DNA from: Octopus sinensis
Lineage: Eukaryota
NCBI RefSeq assembly: GCF_006345805.1
Contig: NW_021832432.1
Span: 682,001 to 746,000, forward strand
DNA: 64,000 nucleotides
Direction of reading: 5' to 3'
This document shows positions 25,344 through 37,985 of this stretch, in pieces. Made by a program: the position numbers and the translations under genes. Numbering within the stretch: the stretch's first letter is position 1; each line of letters starts with the position of its first letter. Under the pieces are notes generated by a model. The model saw only the letters and a program-made list of their open reading frames with translations, searched no databases and was not told the origin of the DNA.

Positions 25344-25489
25344 TCTGTGAGCCAGAGCTGTGATGTTTTGGTGAAGTCTATTCATATTACTCGGTCAAGT
25401 GACTTTTGGATGCGATCTAGAATGTCTGTATCTGTCGCCATTCGGCTAATGCTGTCTGTTTTTTTTCTTTTTTTTTTCTTCATCTCATC

Positions 25490-26017
25490 GGATCTTTTCT
25501 GTTTGGCTTTCACTTATTGAAATTTTAAAATGAAGGGAAAATCTTCAAATTTGCTATATGGATGTAATTTTAAACTTTGAAATTACAATTCCGTTTTCAT
25601 TCTGGTTTACAATTACGTTTTCTTTTGACACATTCTACAAGTATACGAAGTTTCAAATTGTTTGGTTAAGTAGGAAAAATCTGAAAAAACAGGCCTTGGA
25701 AATGAACAGATCCGTAATTTTTCACACTGAATATGATGTTGTTATTCAGTTGTTCCAGAAAAATGTTAGAAATGTGTTACGGAGGTTTAAAGTTTGATTG
25801 TTTTTACTCAGTCAGAAAACAGGATTTGGAAGCCGGCATTTTCTGCGTGATGACTTTTATTAAACAAAATGAAAGCAATATATTACGACGACGAAAGTGG
25901 TAAGAAGTTTTGAAATTTCAATAAGTTTAAATGAATAAAGTCACGCGAAACGTTGGAACAAGCAATATAATAAAGAAAAATCCCCAAAGAAAAGTTAATG
26001 CCAAATAGAAAAGATCC
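25490..26017. mobile_element. Older Merlin-like MITE related to 14633-15047
   Basis: TIRs GGATCTTTTCTGTTTGGCTTTCACTT and GGATCTTTTCTATTTGGCATTAACTT; internal ATTCTAC.AGTATACGAAGTTT shared with 14633; no TSD retained. Confidence 0.65.
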
Positions 26018-28159
26018 ATGCCGGATACCTCCTATGTTTTATTTCTGATTGACTGCGTATACTTTACTGGGTGTGCAAACTGTAGCTCACTAGCTTAACT
26101 ATTGATTTTTATGCGGATCACGTCCCTGAGCTCAGCGATTTTATTTTAGTTCCTTAATTCAAATTCATTGTTTATATATATACATACATACATACGTACA
26201 TACAAACGTACGTATCTATGTATGAATGTATGTATGTATATTATACATATATTATACATACATACGCACACATATATATGTATATATATATATGTGTGTG
26301 TGTGTGTATGTATGTATATATTATATATGTACAAACACATACATACACATATATATGTATGTGTGCGTTTGTGTATGAGAATAAGAGATTCATCCTTACA
26401 CACATACGCGTGGATGTATGTGTCGAGTGTGTATATAAGCATACACACCCATACACACACACAGACACGCACACACACACACACACACATACACACACAC
26501 GCACACACAATCATCACAACACAGCATCATAATTTCTAAATGGCACCGAAGGCGATAGCGTAATATATATGCATTAGAAAATCTCTGTTTATAAACTGCA
26601 TTGGGTACTTAAAGCTCTTGTTGAAAGGAGAGCAACAAGATGAATGCTTTTGTTTATTATTCATTGTTTATCAACACTTTGTACTAGATGAGTAGGTAAA
26701 ACGTAACGATTTTTATAACAAGCTAGTTGATCAATAAATTATATCCAACGAATTGTCTTGTCTTTACGAGGATTTGTGTGTGTATATCACACTTTCGTCG
26801 AATCGTCTATAAAATGTTTTATTTTTTTTTTGTTTTCGTTTTGTCATATTTATCTTTTCAAATCAAGAGTCAGTTATTACTTCACTCTGCTTTATTCTAA
26901 ATCGCTGATAACCACCAATGTTGACGAGACAACAAAGACCAGACAGTGTTGTTTAGCTCTAGGGTAACAGCGCTGATCAAGCAGACAGATCTATGGTGAA
27001 ATGCCGTTCTACCTGTGGCTATCCCGTCTTTATAAGAGTATGTCAGATAGATTATATGAAGTCATGGCTGTTTGTTTAAGAAGCTTGTTTGGCGGCTATA
27101 TAGTTCTGGCTTCGTTCCCACTGAGCGGCACCTAGAGCAAGTGTCTTCTATTATATCCTCTCACGGAATTTGATAGACGGATCTTTTCGGGCGCTGCAAC
27201 AGATTTCGTATATTTTCAATTTTCTTCCAATTGTTTTCCAATTTGGTATACCGGTCATGCACTTCGCTAAAGGTGTGTACTGGACGACATTTCTCCTGAC
27301 TATTCAATAGTGCATCCTCAAGTTTAGAAAATTCAGTTTACAAAATTCTTCCCACGGTACAAATTAGTGCCCACCTACAATATTTTAAAGTACCCCCAGG
27401 CACCAAAATCTGGTGACAGGCCTGATATCGATTTAGTTTTGTATGCTAATAGGAAAAATGAAAATAATTTTTGCCATAAATTAATAAACAAAAATTGCTT
27501 TTAAAGTTTGTAATTTTAGCCAATTGAAAGTCATCATGAGAGATTTACATGAGTGTAAGTCTCTCATTCGTGTCTGTTTCCATAGTAACAAGCAAAGCCG
27601 TAGTCTGCTTTGCTTTCTATGTTATAGGGATGCTGTACTTGTCCGACTGTGATACTTTCACCACCGCAACCATCACCTCAAGTTTTGATGAGAATCATTT
27701 CGTGACAAACAGTTAACACGCAAACAATGTCGACTTCCGATTGCCGTTATTGGATTGGACTAAAACTTATCATGTTTCTAATTTTTTTTTTCTGGCAATA
27801 AATGAATACCTCTATTCGGATTCAGCATGAGAAATTACATCAATATCCCAAATATGAAAATATTCACTTAATTTTAAAATCTGAGACGGCAACCGAGTGC
27901 TTCACAGTTCCATGCTTAAAACTCATTTTGGTTCTCCTACAGATCAGCCTTTCCACATACAGTCACGCTGATTCTATCCGAGATTTACGTGAATTGTATA
28001 CGTTTCAGTAGAAAGCTGAGTAACACTTTAATTCAAAAGCAGCTAATTCAGTTGACCGAACAACCGAATCCTCGTCGTTGATCGATGAAAATCCACCATC
28101 ACCACCATCATCATTAATCTAAATATAAAATTGTAGAGAAGTAATGTTTTTTTTTTTAT

Positions 28160-28423
28160 CTTTTACTTGTTTCAGCCATTAGACTGCAGCCATACTGGGG
28201 CAATGATTGGAAGGGTTAGTGGGACTGAACCTGAAATCACGTGGTTGCAAAGCAACGCAGTCATGCTTGCGCCCGTGAAGAAGGAACTTCGAAGATGGCT
28301 ATATGACTTTCTAAGTAAATGGAGGCAACCAGTTTTCAACTCGTTGCAATATTACGTATATAAGAACCAATCGAATACACACATACACACACACACAAAC
28401 ACACACACGCACACACACACACA

Positions 28424-28479
<56 letters not shown>

Positions 28480-28570
28480 TAGGCTTCCACACAGTTTCCG
28501 CTTACCAAATTCATTCGCAAGGCATTGATCAGCCCGGGACTTAAGTAGAAGACACCTGTCCAAGGTGCCG
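28160..28570 (-). mobile_element. SINE-B pieces with a (CA)n tract
   Basis: Similarity to 28797-29165. Confidence 0.65.
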
Positions 28571-28796
28571 CATTCTTTAAGGTTTCAAAATCGACTTTAC
28601 ACTCAACTTCTGCGTAGAGGCAAACAGATTTTTGGTGGAAAACATCTTCAACACAACAACAAACTGATGTGACTTTATTATTTCTCTCAAATAAAGGAAC
28701 TTTTTTAGCCAACGAATACCATCACTATATTATATTTCACTTTGGAGTTTTCAAAATTTGATTTAACTTATGTGCTGTTCGATCCCTTAATTTTTT

Positions 28797-29165
28797 ACTC
28801 TTTTACTTGTTTCAGTAATTTGACTGTGGCCATGCTGGAGCACCGCCTTTAGTCGAGCAAATCGACCCTATTCTTTGGAAGCCTGGTACTTATTCTATCG
28901 GTCTCTTTTGCCGAACTGCTAAGTTACGGGGACGTAAACACACCAGCGTCGGTTGTCAAGCGATGTTGGGGTACAAACACAGACACACACAGACACACAC
29001 ACATACGACGGGCTTCTTTCAGTTTCCGTCTACCAAATCCACTCACAAGGCTTTGGTCGGCCCGAGGCTATAGTAGAAGACACTTTCCGAAGGTGCCACG
29101 CAGTGGGACTGAACCCAGAACCATGTGGCTGGTAAGCAAGCTACTTACCACGCAGCCACTCCTGT
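28797..29165 (-). mobile_element. SINE-B, full length (tRNA head and CORE-like segment)
   Basis: Sense head AGGAGTGGCTGCGTGGTAAG...GGGTTCAGTCCCAC, internal (GT)n, tail GACTGAAACAAGTAAAAGAG-like. Confidence 0.9.
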
Positions 29166-29189
29166 GCCTATATAATGTTTACAAAGAAA

Positions 29190-29870
29190 ATAATTTTTCA
29201 ACTAATTTCTTTACATCGTTAAATTAGAAATATTTACAGTATTTGAAACAGCAACCGAAACTGCTTCATTATGGCTCATGATTCAAATCGAACCAACTAC
29301 TACTGATTTGACTTTAAAAATAAATCTTCGCGTGTGGTAGTCCAACGAATCGATTTTAAAACTAGATCTTGTATCGTAAATTTTGCTATTTATTCCACAT
29401 GCAGCTATAGCCAATTGCACTGTGTTTAGTAAATCTGTTTTCTCATCTACAGCTATCAAATAAATCAGACATTTTTTGCAGCTTGTTTGAAGGATACTTG
29501 AATATCGTTAATCATGTCTTTTATACGATCAGAAACCGTGATAAACTAATATTCTCAAGAAATCTGACATTTTATCGTCCAGCAGTAACAATGCATTCTT
29601 AATAAACTCTCCTTCAATAAATAGCTTCACTCTATTTTGTAATTAGCTCATACTCTTCATAACTGGTTTGTGTTACAAAAGTATTATATTTAATAATTAA
29701 TCTGAAAATATGTTGCTATTTCCATAAAGATTCTTTTGAAGATACTAGTTTGACTGAACATTGAGTTCTTTTTAGTATTTCGTATTCCACATGCTTATTC
29801 AAGATAATACAAGATGTAACTGGATCCTTACAAATAAGACAAACATGGTTTCCATTACGTGGGAAATTTG
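29190..29870 (-). pseudogene. Highly decayed hAT (Charlie/SPIN-like) transposase remnant
   Basis: Fragments NHVCLICKDPV, LFIEGEFIKNA, ENISLSR, IAVDEKTDLLNTVQLAI, compared with the family motifs VCLIC, GEFIKEC and ALDESTD...AQLAI. Confidence 0.65.
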
Positions 29871-29969
29871 ACTGGGGAATGCTAGAGTAAGAGAGGGAAA
29901 GGCAGAGTTTATTCAGAAGAGAGGGTGAAGATTCCCTTTAAAGAGAGAGAACCGCTTCAGAGTTTATTA

Positions 29970-30207
29970 CTATTATCGACTCCAGTATTCAACTGGTACT
30001 TATTTCATCGACCCCGAAAGCATGACAGGCAAAGTCGATCTCGGCGGAATTTGAACCCTATACGTTCTGAGTTCAAATTCCACCGAAGTCGACTTTGCAT
30101 TTCATTCTCTCGAGGTTGATAAATTAAGTACCAGTTGAGTACTGGGGACTATGCAATCGACTGTCCCTCTCCCCCAAGTTTCAGGCCTTGTGCCTATATT
30201 AGAAAGG

Positions 30208-30210
<3 letters not shown>
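29970..30210. mobile_element. Head-to-head pair of headless SINE-A copies
   Basis: Minus copy ends ...GAATTTGAACC and abuts plus copy TACGTTCTGAGTTCAAATTC..., which ends in (ATT)n. Confidence 0.8.
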
Positions 30211-30250
<40 letters not shown>

Positions 30251-30261
30251 TATTATTATTA

Positions 30262-31360
30262 TGAATGGTGAGCGTGTGTGAGCTCCGTTTGTGAGGTTCG
30301 TCTTTCCGCAGCTCGTCTCCTTGGGTGAAAAAAAGACCGAGAGTGGGCCCTGGCACCTAGAATATCGTCAGTCACTCACAGCACTCTACTAGTCGGGCAA
30401 TGGGATCGGTGGATGTTCCGCTTTAAAAATTTATAGAGGGTTAGTGGCCGAGAAGTGCGACGACGTTCTCGGGGAGACTCTGGGCACCGATTAGACCGAA
30501 CAGGCTAGTCTGTTCCGGAGGACTTTCCGGTCGGGAACTACCATGGATAATTTCCAGATGTCATTGGCCTGGCAGTGCTAACGGGGGTGGGGGACTACCC
30601 ATTCGCGATAAACTCTACAGGCACGGATGTACTGTCAGACAGGCTTGTCTGAGGTATGCGCAGGGTGACGAAACAGTTCTGCATCCCCTCGTTCAGTGTC
30701 CTGGCATTGCTGACTTGTCGAACAGTTGCTATCACGTGTGGGACGGATCCATCTGTCGGCCGAGTCTGTAGTGATAATCGCACCCTCAATCGGGCAGGCA
30801 AGGCAGTTTTCCTTTGCCCGGTGGCTGTGGCGAAAGAGGTTTTTTTGGTGGACAAGGCTGAAAGGCATGAGGACAGATACATTCCTCTTTGGTAGAGCTT
30901 TCATTGATTTCTTCAAGTTACACTTGAAAGGGAAATTGAGAGTGGAGAGGGAAGTGCTGTTCTCGAGTGAGTTTATTGAAAGGTGGGTGAAAGTTGCAAA
31001 AATGGCAAGAGTGGATGGTACCTCTCTCTCAGTGTAGACCTGTAAGTTGGAGAAAAGGAACTGGAGAGGGCACTTGCTCTTGGTGTTTAGGGAAACCTCA
31101 GACAGTGAGGCTCCTCGATTATCCCTAGAAGTCTTCCTGTACCAGGAGGGCCTTTCTCTATCATTCTCCCCGCTACCTTTTTTCCTTTCCTTTGTATGCT
31201 ATGCATTTGTCCCTTCCATTTTAGTGTATACCGTGTATACTTTCTTCCTTTCTTTCCTTTTAAATTTGTAAAAAATCATTTCATTATATGTAAACCCCCA
31301 TACTTTATATGTCTTTGTATTGACCTCCCCATCTTCACCCTTGTGGCAAATAAATGAAAT
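30262..31360 (+). mobile_element. 5'-truncated Tx1/L1-like LINE (ORF2 C-terminus and 3' UTR) inserted in (ATT)n
   Basis: ORF 30726-31037 (...LKGKLRVEREVLFSSEFIERWVKVAKMARV); upstream zf-RVT-like remnants; 3' end CACCCTTGTGGCAAATAAATGAAAT. Confidence 0.75.
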
Positions 31361-31389
31361 TATTATTATTATTGTTGTTGTTGTTATTA

Positions 31390-32474
31390 TATGTTTGGCT
31401 TTTGCTTTGTATTTGTGCAAATTGACTCCAAGTCTCACCCAGAGACCTCAAGAGACAACAAGTTAGAAGTTCAAGTTGGTGTTATGACTAGGGTGCCATA
31501 TATTTGGTTTCGCACCGATTATTTTTAGAGAATATGTCAAAACATAAGTAAATTAGAAGTTTGTTTTAAAAGTAATTTAATTATAAAATGATAGTCTGAT
31601 GTTAAAGGTGACAGCAAAAGGTGTTTGCTATCAAGTACATTTAAATGTATTTTGATACTGCTTACGGTTTAAAATATTTTGGGGATTACTTAAACAATAT
31701 TTTAAGTAGGATATGGGCATTTTTGGATTTCCTGGTATTTGAGCTAGGTAGCAATCAGCCCCTTTTGCTATCATTCCTAGGGCACCTTTGCCAACAGGTA
31801 TTGTTTTAGTCTTGAAGATCCACAATTTGCCAATTTCTGTTTCAAAATCTCTATACTTGTTCAGTTTTTGATAGGTCTTGACAAATTCATTTATGTCGAT
31901 TGGGACAGTCATATCAATGGGGAGGCATGATTTTTGTCTGAAGTCCTTCGATATAATGTTTGGCCTATTTGCATCTATTTTTCAATCAGTTTGAACGGCG
32001 AAGTTCCAAAGGAGTGAGATGCAGTCATTTTCAAGCACTGGCGGTGATTTGCGTTCCCACCAGTTTTTATCATGGGGCAAGTCAGTCTTTGTAAATTACC
32101 CAATGAATATACTGTGTTGCTCTATTATGCCTGTTAAGATACTCTGTAGGCGCAAGAAGACTGCACATGGAGACAACATGAATACTATATGTTGGGTAAC
32201 TTTAAGATGTTCTTTAAGATGTTATCCTGGTAGCTTCTTGTAGGTTGGTATTGATCTTGGGTTGCTATGATAAATACTTTTGTCTCTGATTTTAAGTCAG
32301 AAGTCACTAACCATTGATGGATAAGGGCTTTGTCAACATTGGCATTATTAACTCCCTTTGCATATTTGCCACTGAGAGGTTTTTCTTGCCATTTATCAGT
32401 AAAAATATCTAAGGCAGCCGTTTGAGCACGGGTTTTCATACGCTTACCTTTTTCTGTGCTTGTTTCCAGTACGT
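31390..32474 (-). mobile_element. R4/Dong-like RLE LINE, 5'-truncated
   Basis: LKSETKVFIIATQDQ, DMTVPID...KLNKYRDFE, IPVGKGALG; 3' UTR shared with the 59660 copy. Confidence 0.85.
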
Positions 32475-32486
32475 ATAATAATAATG

Positions 32487-32541
<55 letters not shown>

Positions 32542-32605
32542 TGATAATAGTATTTATTATTATTATTATAATTAATAATAATAATAATAAATAATAATAA
32601 TAATA

Positions 32606-32636
<31 letters not shown>

Positions 32637-32696
32637 AGTATTTATTATTATTATTATAATTAATATAATAATAATAATATAATAATAATAATGATG

Positions 32697-32740
<44 letters not shown>

Positions 32741-32755
32741 TATTATTATTATTAT
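32475..32755. repeat. (TAA)n microsatellite complex
   Basis: Direct reading. Confidence 0.95.
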
Positions 32756-33984
32756 ATGTAATTTTCGTATGAGTGAGAGAACATATGAAATAATATTTCC
32801 ATATAACCTATTTTATTTTTATTTTTAAGGGTCCTAGTGGTTGTAGATATCACCATTTCGCCCTTCTTACGAGATCCTCAGTACAACATAAAATTAGTTG
32901 GTCTATGTTCATTTAAATCCTTTAAGAATCATATACGATCGATTTTCTTTTCTTTCTTTTTTCTTACTCTCCTAACAGCAGAGAAAAGGAGTGAAGAGAC
33001 AGAGGAAGGGAAATGAAAGCCTCAGAGTCATTTAGAATTAAAATTAACATTATACTTAAGTTTTCATCATCATCTATGTAAAAATAATTATCTATCCATG
33101 CTTAAACAGACAGAAATCTATAGACGGTATTCGTTTTATTTTAATATTAGACTCTGCAAAAGAGGGTCTTTTATGGAGATTCTTAATTAGCTGGGTTTGC
33201 AAGGAGTGGCATAGCCCATGGTGTTTTTAGTTAACCGGTGAGACTGATGCTATTAATGTTGCTCTCGAACTTTTGTAATTAGTGATTATAAAGATCAAAA
33301 AGTTTTCTACCAAATTATTGTTCGCATTCTCTCTTGTAAAATAATCTGACACAAGCCACAAAGTTTACAATGACGCTCTGCATTCAAATAAATGCTTAAT
33401 TCCTGAGTCAAACAATACATTTTCCATGGCGGTGTCAAAACCACATCAATTTGATAAAACTATATCTATTGTCAAAACTTAATGGCAAACCAAACTTGGC
33501 AAAATATCGAATTTTACATTATGATTATATGGCTCGTGCTTGACAATTCTAATGACAGAGCACTTCTAATGTGTAATTAAAACAATGTCATCATGTTTAG
33601 AATACATCTGCTCAATGATTAAGACAAATCTATTAGTGTGACAGTTCAACTCTACAGTTGTGAAAGTTCTTGTTATAACAAATTTACATTATGTTCAAAC
33701 AACGTAAGGCATGTAACTCCACATCTCATCAATAGCTTGGACAGCTCGATACTTGGAACAATTCCACTCTAAGCTAAAACTTGTCAGTGAACTGAGAATC
33801 GCAAGCCGACAGAGCGGATGAGGGAATGTGTTCACAACTTTAAAAATGGAAATGTACTTTCTTATGATGCTAGCCCGCAGTTAAATTCTGGAGACCAAAA
33901 AGTAAAGTATTTGGGTCATAGATTCACAGCAATACCAGTGTCTCACTACAATACCAGTGTGTGTATATATATATATACATACAT

Positions 33985-34082
<98 letters not shown>

Positions 34083-34089
34083 GTGTGTG

Positions 34090-34292
34090 TATATGTTTCT
34101 GTGTCTGTGTTTGTACCCCCAACATAGCTTGACAACCGATGCTGGTGTGTTTACGTCCCTGTAACTTAGCGATTCGGCAAAAGAGACCGATAGAATAAGT
34201 ACTAGGCTTACAAAGAATAAGTCCTGGGGTCGATTTGCCCGACTAAAGGCGGTGCGCCATGCTGAAACAAGTAAAAGAGAAAAAGAGTAAAA
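34090..34292 (+). mobile_element. SINE-B 3' half between (AT)n tracts
   Basis: Matches ~58500-58710. Confidence 0.85.
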
Positions 34293-34304
34293 GATATATG
34301 TATG

Positions 34305-34388
<84 letters not shown>

Positions 34389-34399
34389 TATATAAAACA

Positions 34400-34887
34400 A
34401 ATTTTATTGAAAAACAAATTTTATCCTACATTAGTTATAAATTTAATAGTGTTCACTTCTGGATTCTCTCACTCTGTGAAAGTTTCTAGATCGAATCACG
34501 CGTGTCTCGAGATGTGCTGAAGATTTTCTATTTTGGATATATTTTGGGTACTTAGGTCTGCTCAGGACTTAGTGCTTGCTTTTTCCATTTATGTCTTAAG
34601 TATTTATCGCTGACGAGGGGAAAATTCTTATGAATTAACCCCGAAATTGGGACCAATACGGTAATAACGGAATTTTAAAGAAATTTCTATCGGCATGATT
34701 CGAGACGCATAAATTATAATGGTTATTGACAATTTTGTCTTTTTTTCGGCATATTTGGCATTAGAATTTTTCTTTTGCCCTTATTCTATAAGTTGTTTAT
34801 AAATTTAACCTTTAAAGGTATTTTTTGATATGCTGGCCATTGATTAAATTTTTTTTCGAAAAAAAATTTTATTCTACATTAGTTATA
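34400..34887 (+). mobile_element. Non-coding hammerhead-bearing element (Penelope pLTR or retrozyme-like) in (AT)n
   Basis: Direct terminal repeats of ~40 bp ending CTACATTAGTTATA (~34400-34439, ~34848-34887); internal hammerhead. Confidence 0.65.
34604..34664 (+). ncRNA. Type I hammerhead ribozyme with intact core
   Basis: TTATCG-CTGACGA-GGGG[AAAATTCTTATGAATTAA]CCCC-GAAA-TTG[GGAC]CAA-TA-CGGTAA; stems I, II and III pair and the cleavage triplet is AUA. Confidence 0.85.
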
Positions 34888-35139
34888 TATATATATATAT
34901 ATTATATATATTACCAGCAATTCAGTTCATTATCAAAGATAACATCAATTCAACCGGTAACATCGCTCTCAATGAGAAACGGGTCATGACATTAAACAAT
35001 AGAGCTTCTTGCTCTTGTTTGATGAAGCTGCGGTCATCCCAGCTTAGTCGTTCCAGAGACGTCATTATGCATAGAGTCGACCAGATCCACTGGTGCTCTA
35101 CATCACTAGCGGTCCCGTGGCAGCTCTTCTGCATCTAGA

Positions 35140-35430
35140 CCCTCTTGGGTCTGGCCTTGTCGTGGCGAGGGGGCCTTGTCATTACCGTCTGGAGCTTTGT
35201 TTCAGGTAAGGTCACCCTAGGCAGGTCGGTCTCCCGGTGAGTTCCAGACTGACGTTGACCCACGGTGCATCGGCACGTCGCTGAAATGGCAGCCCCGTCA
35301 TCCAACTATTCTGTGGAAGACCAACGAGCCAACTCAGAAGAACTCTGAGCCTGTTCCGACACCGACCAGAAGAAATCAGACTGCTCAACATCGGGATCGG
35401 AACCCTGCATGCCCCGATCAACGAGAACCA
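35140..35430 (+). mobile_element. 5' fragment of an RTE-clade LINE
   Basis: CCTTGTCGTGGCGAGGGGG...GGTCACCCTAGGCAGG-type 5' UTR, followed by LLNIG resembling an APE start. Confidence 0.5.
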
Positions 35431-36199
35431 ATACAGATATATTGGATTATACCAAACTACAGATCAAATGTTCTCGGTAGAGATTATTGGGCTGTTTGAG
35501 GTAGCCCAGTTAGATAATAGACATTTTCCTCTTTACCTTTTAATACCAGGACAACTTACACAATTTTTTCGCAGTTTGGTAGAATTTACAATATTTATTT
35601 AAATTCTCATAAAAGGAAATGTAATAAAACTGTGGCTATTATGTCTTCTATTCCTATGTATTCCAACTCCCGAGGACAAATATTGGGGTTGAAAGAAAGA
35701 TGTTTATGCTCACGGAGTGTTGAGAACTTATATAAACCTAGTTTTGGTCTTAAGACTTAACTATCTTTCATGCAAGTAATAACATTAAGCAAAATTAATT
35801 AAAACATTGTCATTCTTTAAATACGAAAGCTGCCTCAGAATATAATGCTTTAAATATAACGGAATTTCTTAACTAGCATCTCAATGATCTGCTTTATTTG
35901 GAGAGCTAAAGGATGGGATTACTGGTGCGGTTGATGCAGTGATTCTTAATTGGCAAGCATGATTATTATCTGAGGGCCTAGCATGCAAGAGGTTCCTGGT
36001 TAAATTTAATATAGGAAAGAAAACTGTTCACGCAAGTGGTAGAAAACAGTGATGTAATTTTCAATTCGTGATTCCCCAAAAGTAAATATTTTCAATATCT
36101 ACATAAGATTTATACATTCCAAAATAGATAAAATATTATATTTGGATATCCAAAGATTTGTTCGATTGTAAATGAATCAAACCAAGTTACAAAGTATCG

Positions 36200-37100
36200 G
36201 GATCTTAATCTGGCATTACATCAAAAGAAGTTTCGCACATTGGTAGTTTGAGCTCGTAATTTTGAAAATACCGAAGCCTCTTTTGAAATTGATCCAATAA
36301 GTTAAAACACACTCCACTATCGATTCTGATTTCTGTTCTTTCCTATAGAATTATATATATGATTTTGTCAGAATATGGAATTTTTATAATAGATCTAAAA
36401 TATGTTTTTGACTCCGTTGATGTAGCCAGAGAAATCGAGGTATACAGTACGCTGCCATTTTTCAGGTTTCGGGAAACGTTTTTATTCAACTTTGTCTTTA
36501 ATTGCCTTACTCAGAAAAGTTAAGTGGAATTCTGTTAGAAGACTTAAATGAATGCTCGTGCTGTTTTGCATCTGTTCTTAAGTGCGTTTCTCCTAAGTAC
36601 CATGTAATAACATTGAGATGCAGTATTCTTCTTTCTGTCACTGGTTTGGAGTTCATGTGGGGAATTCTGGTTAAATTCTGTAGTTGTCAGCTGGCGATTG
36701 GTGTGTGGGTTTTTGGTTGGGTATCTTATGTTGCGATATGAGGCCTGGGAAGCGATACTAACCAGGTAACGGTAGCTAACCTTAGCTTTGTTCTTATTTA
36801 TTACTTTGAAGAGCGGCTTCAACCAAAATTGATTTTCTTTTAAGTAGAGATGTTTCTTATATATATTATATTATCCCCAAATCTATTTGTCTGTGTGACG
36901 AATATGAAGCTGCATGACTAAAGATACTTCTGTCAGATTACAAATTCTAATTATGCTGTCAATAAGGTTCTTAATGATGGCTGAGTGAGGGCTACAAGTG
37001 TTGTGTATGTATTTAGTTTTCTCGTTTAGATTTATGTAAGCGTAGTGATTACCTGTATTCTGATTTAGTGTGATATTTAAAAGTTAAACATATTTAGATT
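36200..37100 (-). mobile_element. Decayed Penelope-like fragment
   Basis: KVINKNKAKVSYRY and neighbouring motifs resemble 12745-13200 and 47100-48000. Confidence 0.5.
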
Positions 37101-37706
37101 CGCACTAATGATGATATTGATTTCAAATTTTGGCATATGGCTAGCAAGTTCGGGGAACGGGCTGAGTCGATTACATCGACCCCAATACTCAATTGGTACT
37201 TATTTTATCGACCCCGAAAGAATGAGAAGCAAAATGGACCACGGCGGAGCTTGAACTCAGAGCATTAAGACGGGCAAAATGCTGTTAACGGGTCTGCCAG
37301 CTCGCCGCCTTCGAGTTAACGATAATATTCTATTCCTTCCATGTATTAATTAATTGAATTATTTTCTAAATTTATTTGGCAGTGCTCATAAAACTGTAAA
37401 AATCGCCATCCCTATAATTTATTGCTTTTGGGATAATTCGTTTGATGAGGGGGTCTCAAGTAACACTGGAATTTAAGGCGTTCCAGCTATTCAAGTCTCA
37501 CCATTTTTATATCAAGGACTACACTATCCAATGCTTCATTATTTTAAGACTGTAGAACATGAGTTGAGGGAAATCAGCTGCTATTTCTAGCAGATAACGT
37601 GATTTTTTGGCCATCCTGCATTGATATGGTTACATAAATGGTAGTGCAGGCGACTGAATTGTGTTAAGGGACGATGTGTTGGAAGTATTTTGCTTTGTCA
37701 TCGACA

Positions 37707-37984
37707 TCTCTATATATATAAAACTGAGAATGTCTGTCTGTCTGTCTGTGTGTTTCCCTAAAACTTGAGAACTACACAACCAATTTCATTCAAATTTTAC
37801 ACATGCCTTACTTAGGGTCCGGGGAATGTTATCGGCAAAAAAATGTTCAGCTTCTTGCCTAGGGCGAGCCCATAGCAATATCATATCTTCTCCACTATTT
37901 CAGTATTACGTGTTAAAAGTGAAGCAAAAACATTTCTCTATTTTATGTCAGATGCTTTCACTTTAACAATAAAAATTAGAGATA
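37707..37984 (+). mobile_element. 5' part of a non-autonomous Helitron
   Basis: A|TCTCTATATATATAAAA start followed by (CTGT)n, typical of non-autonomous Helitron 5' ends. Confidence 0.7.
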
Positions 37985-37985
37985 A

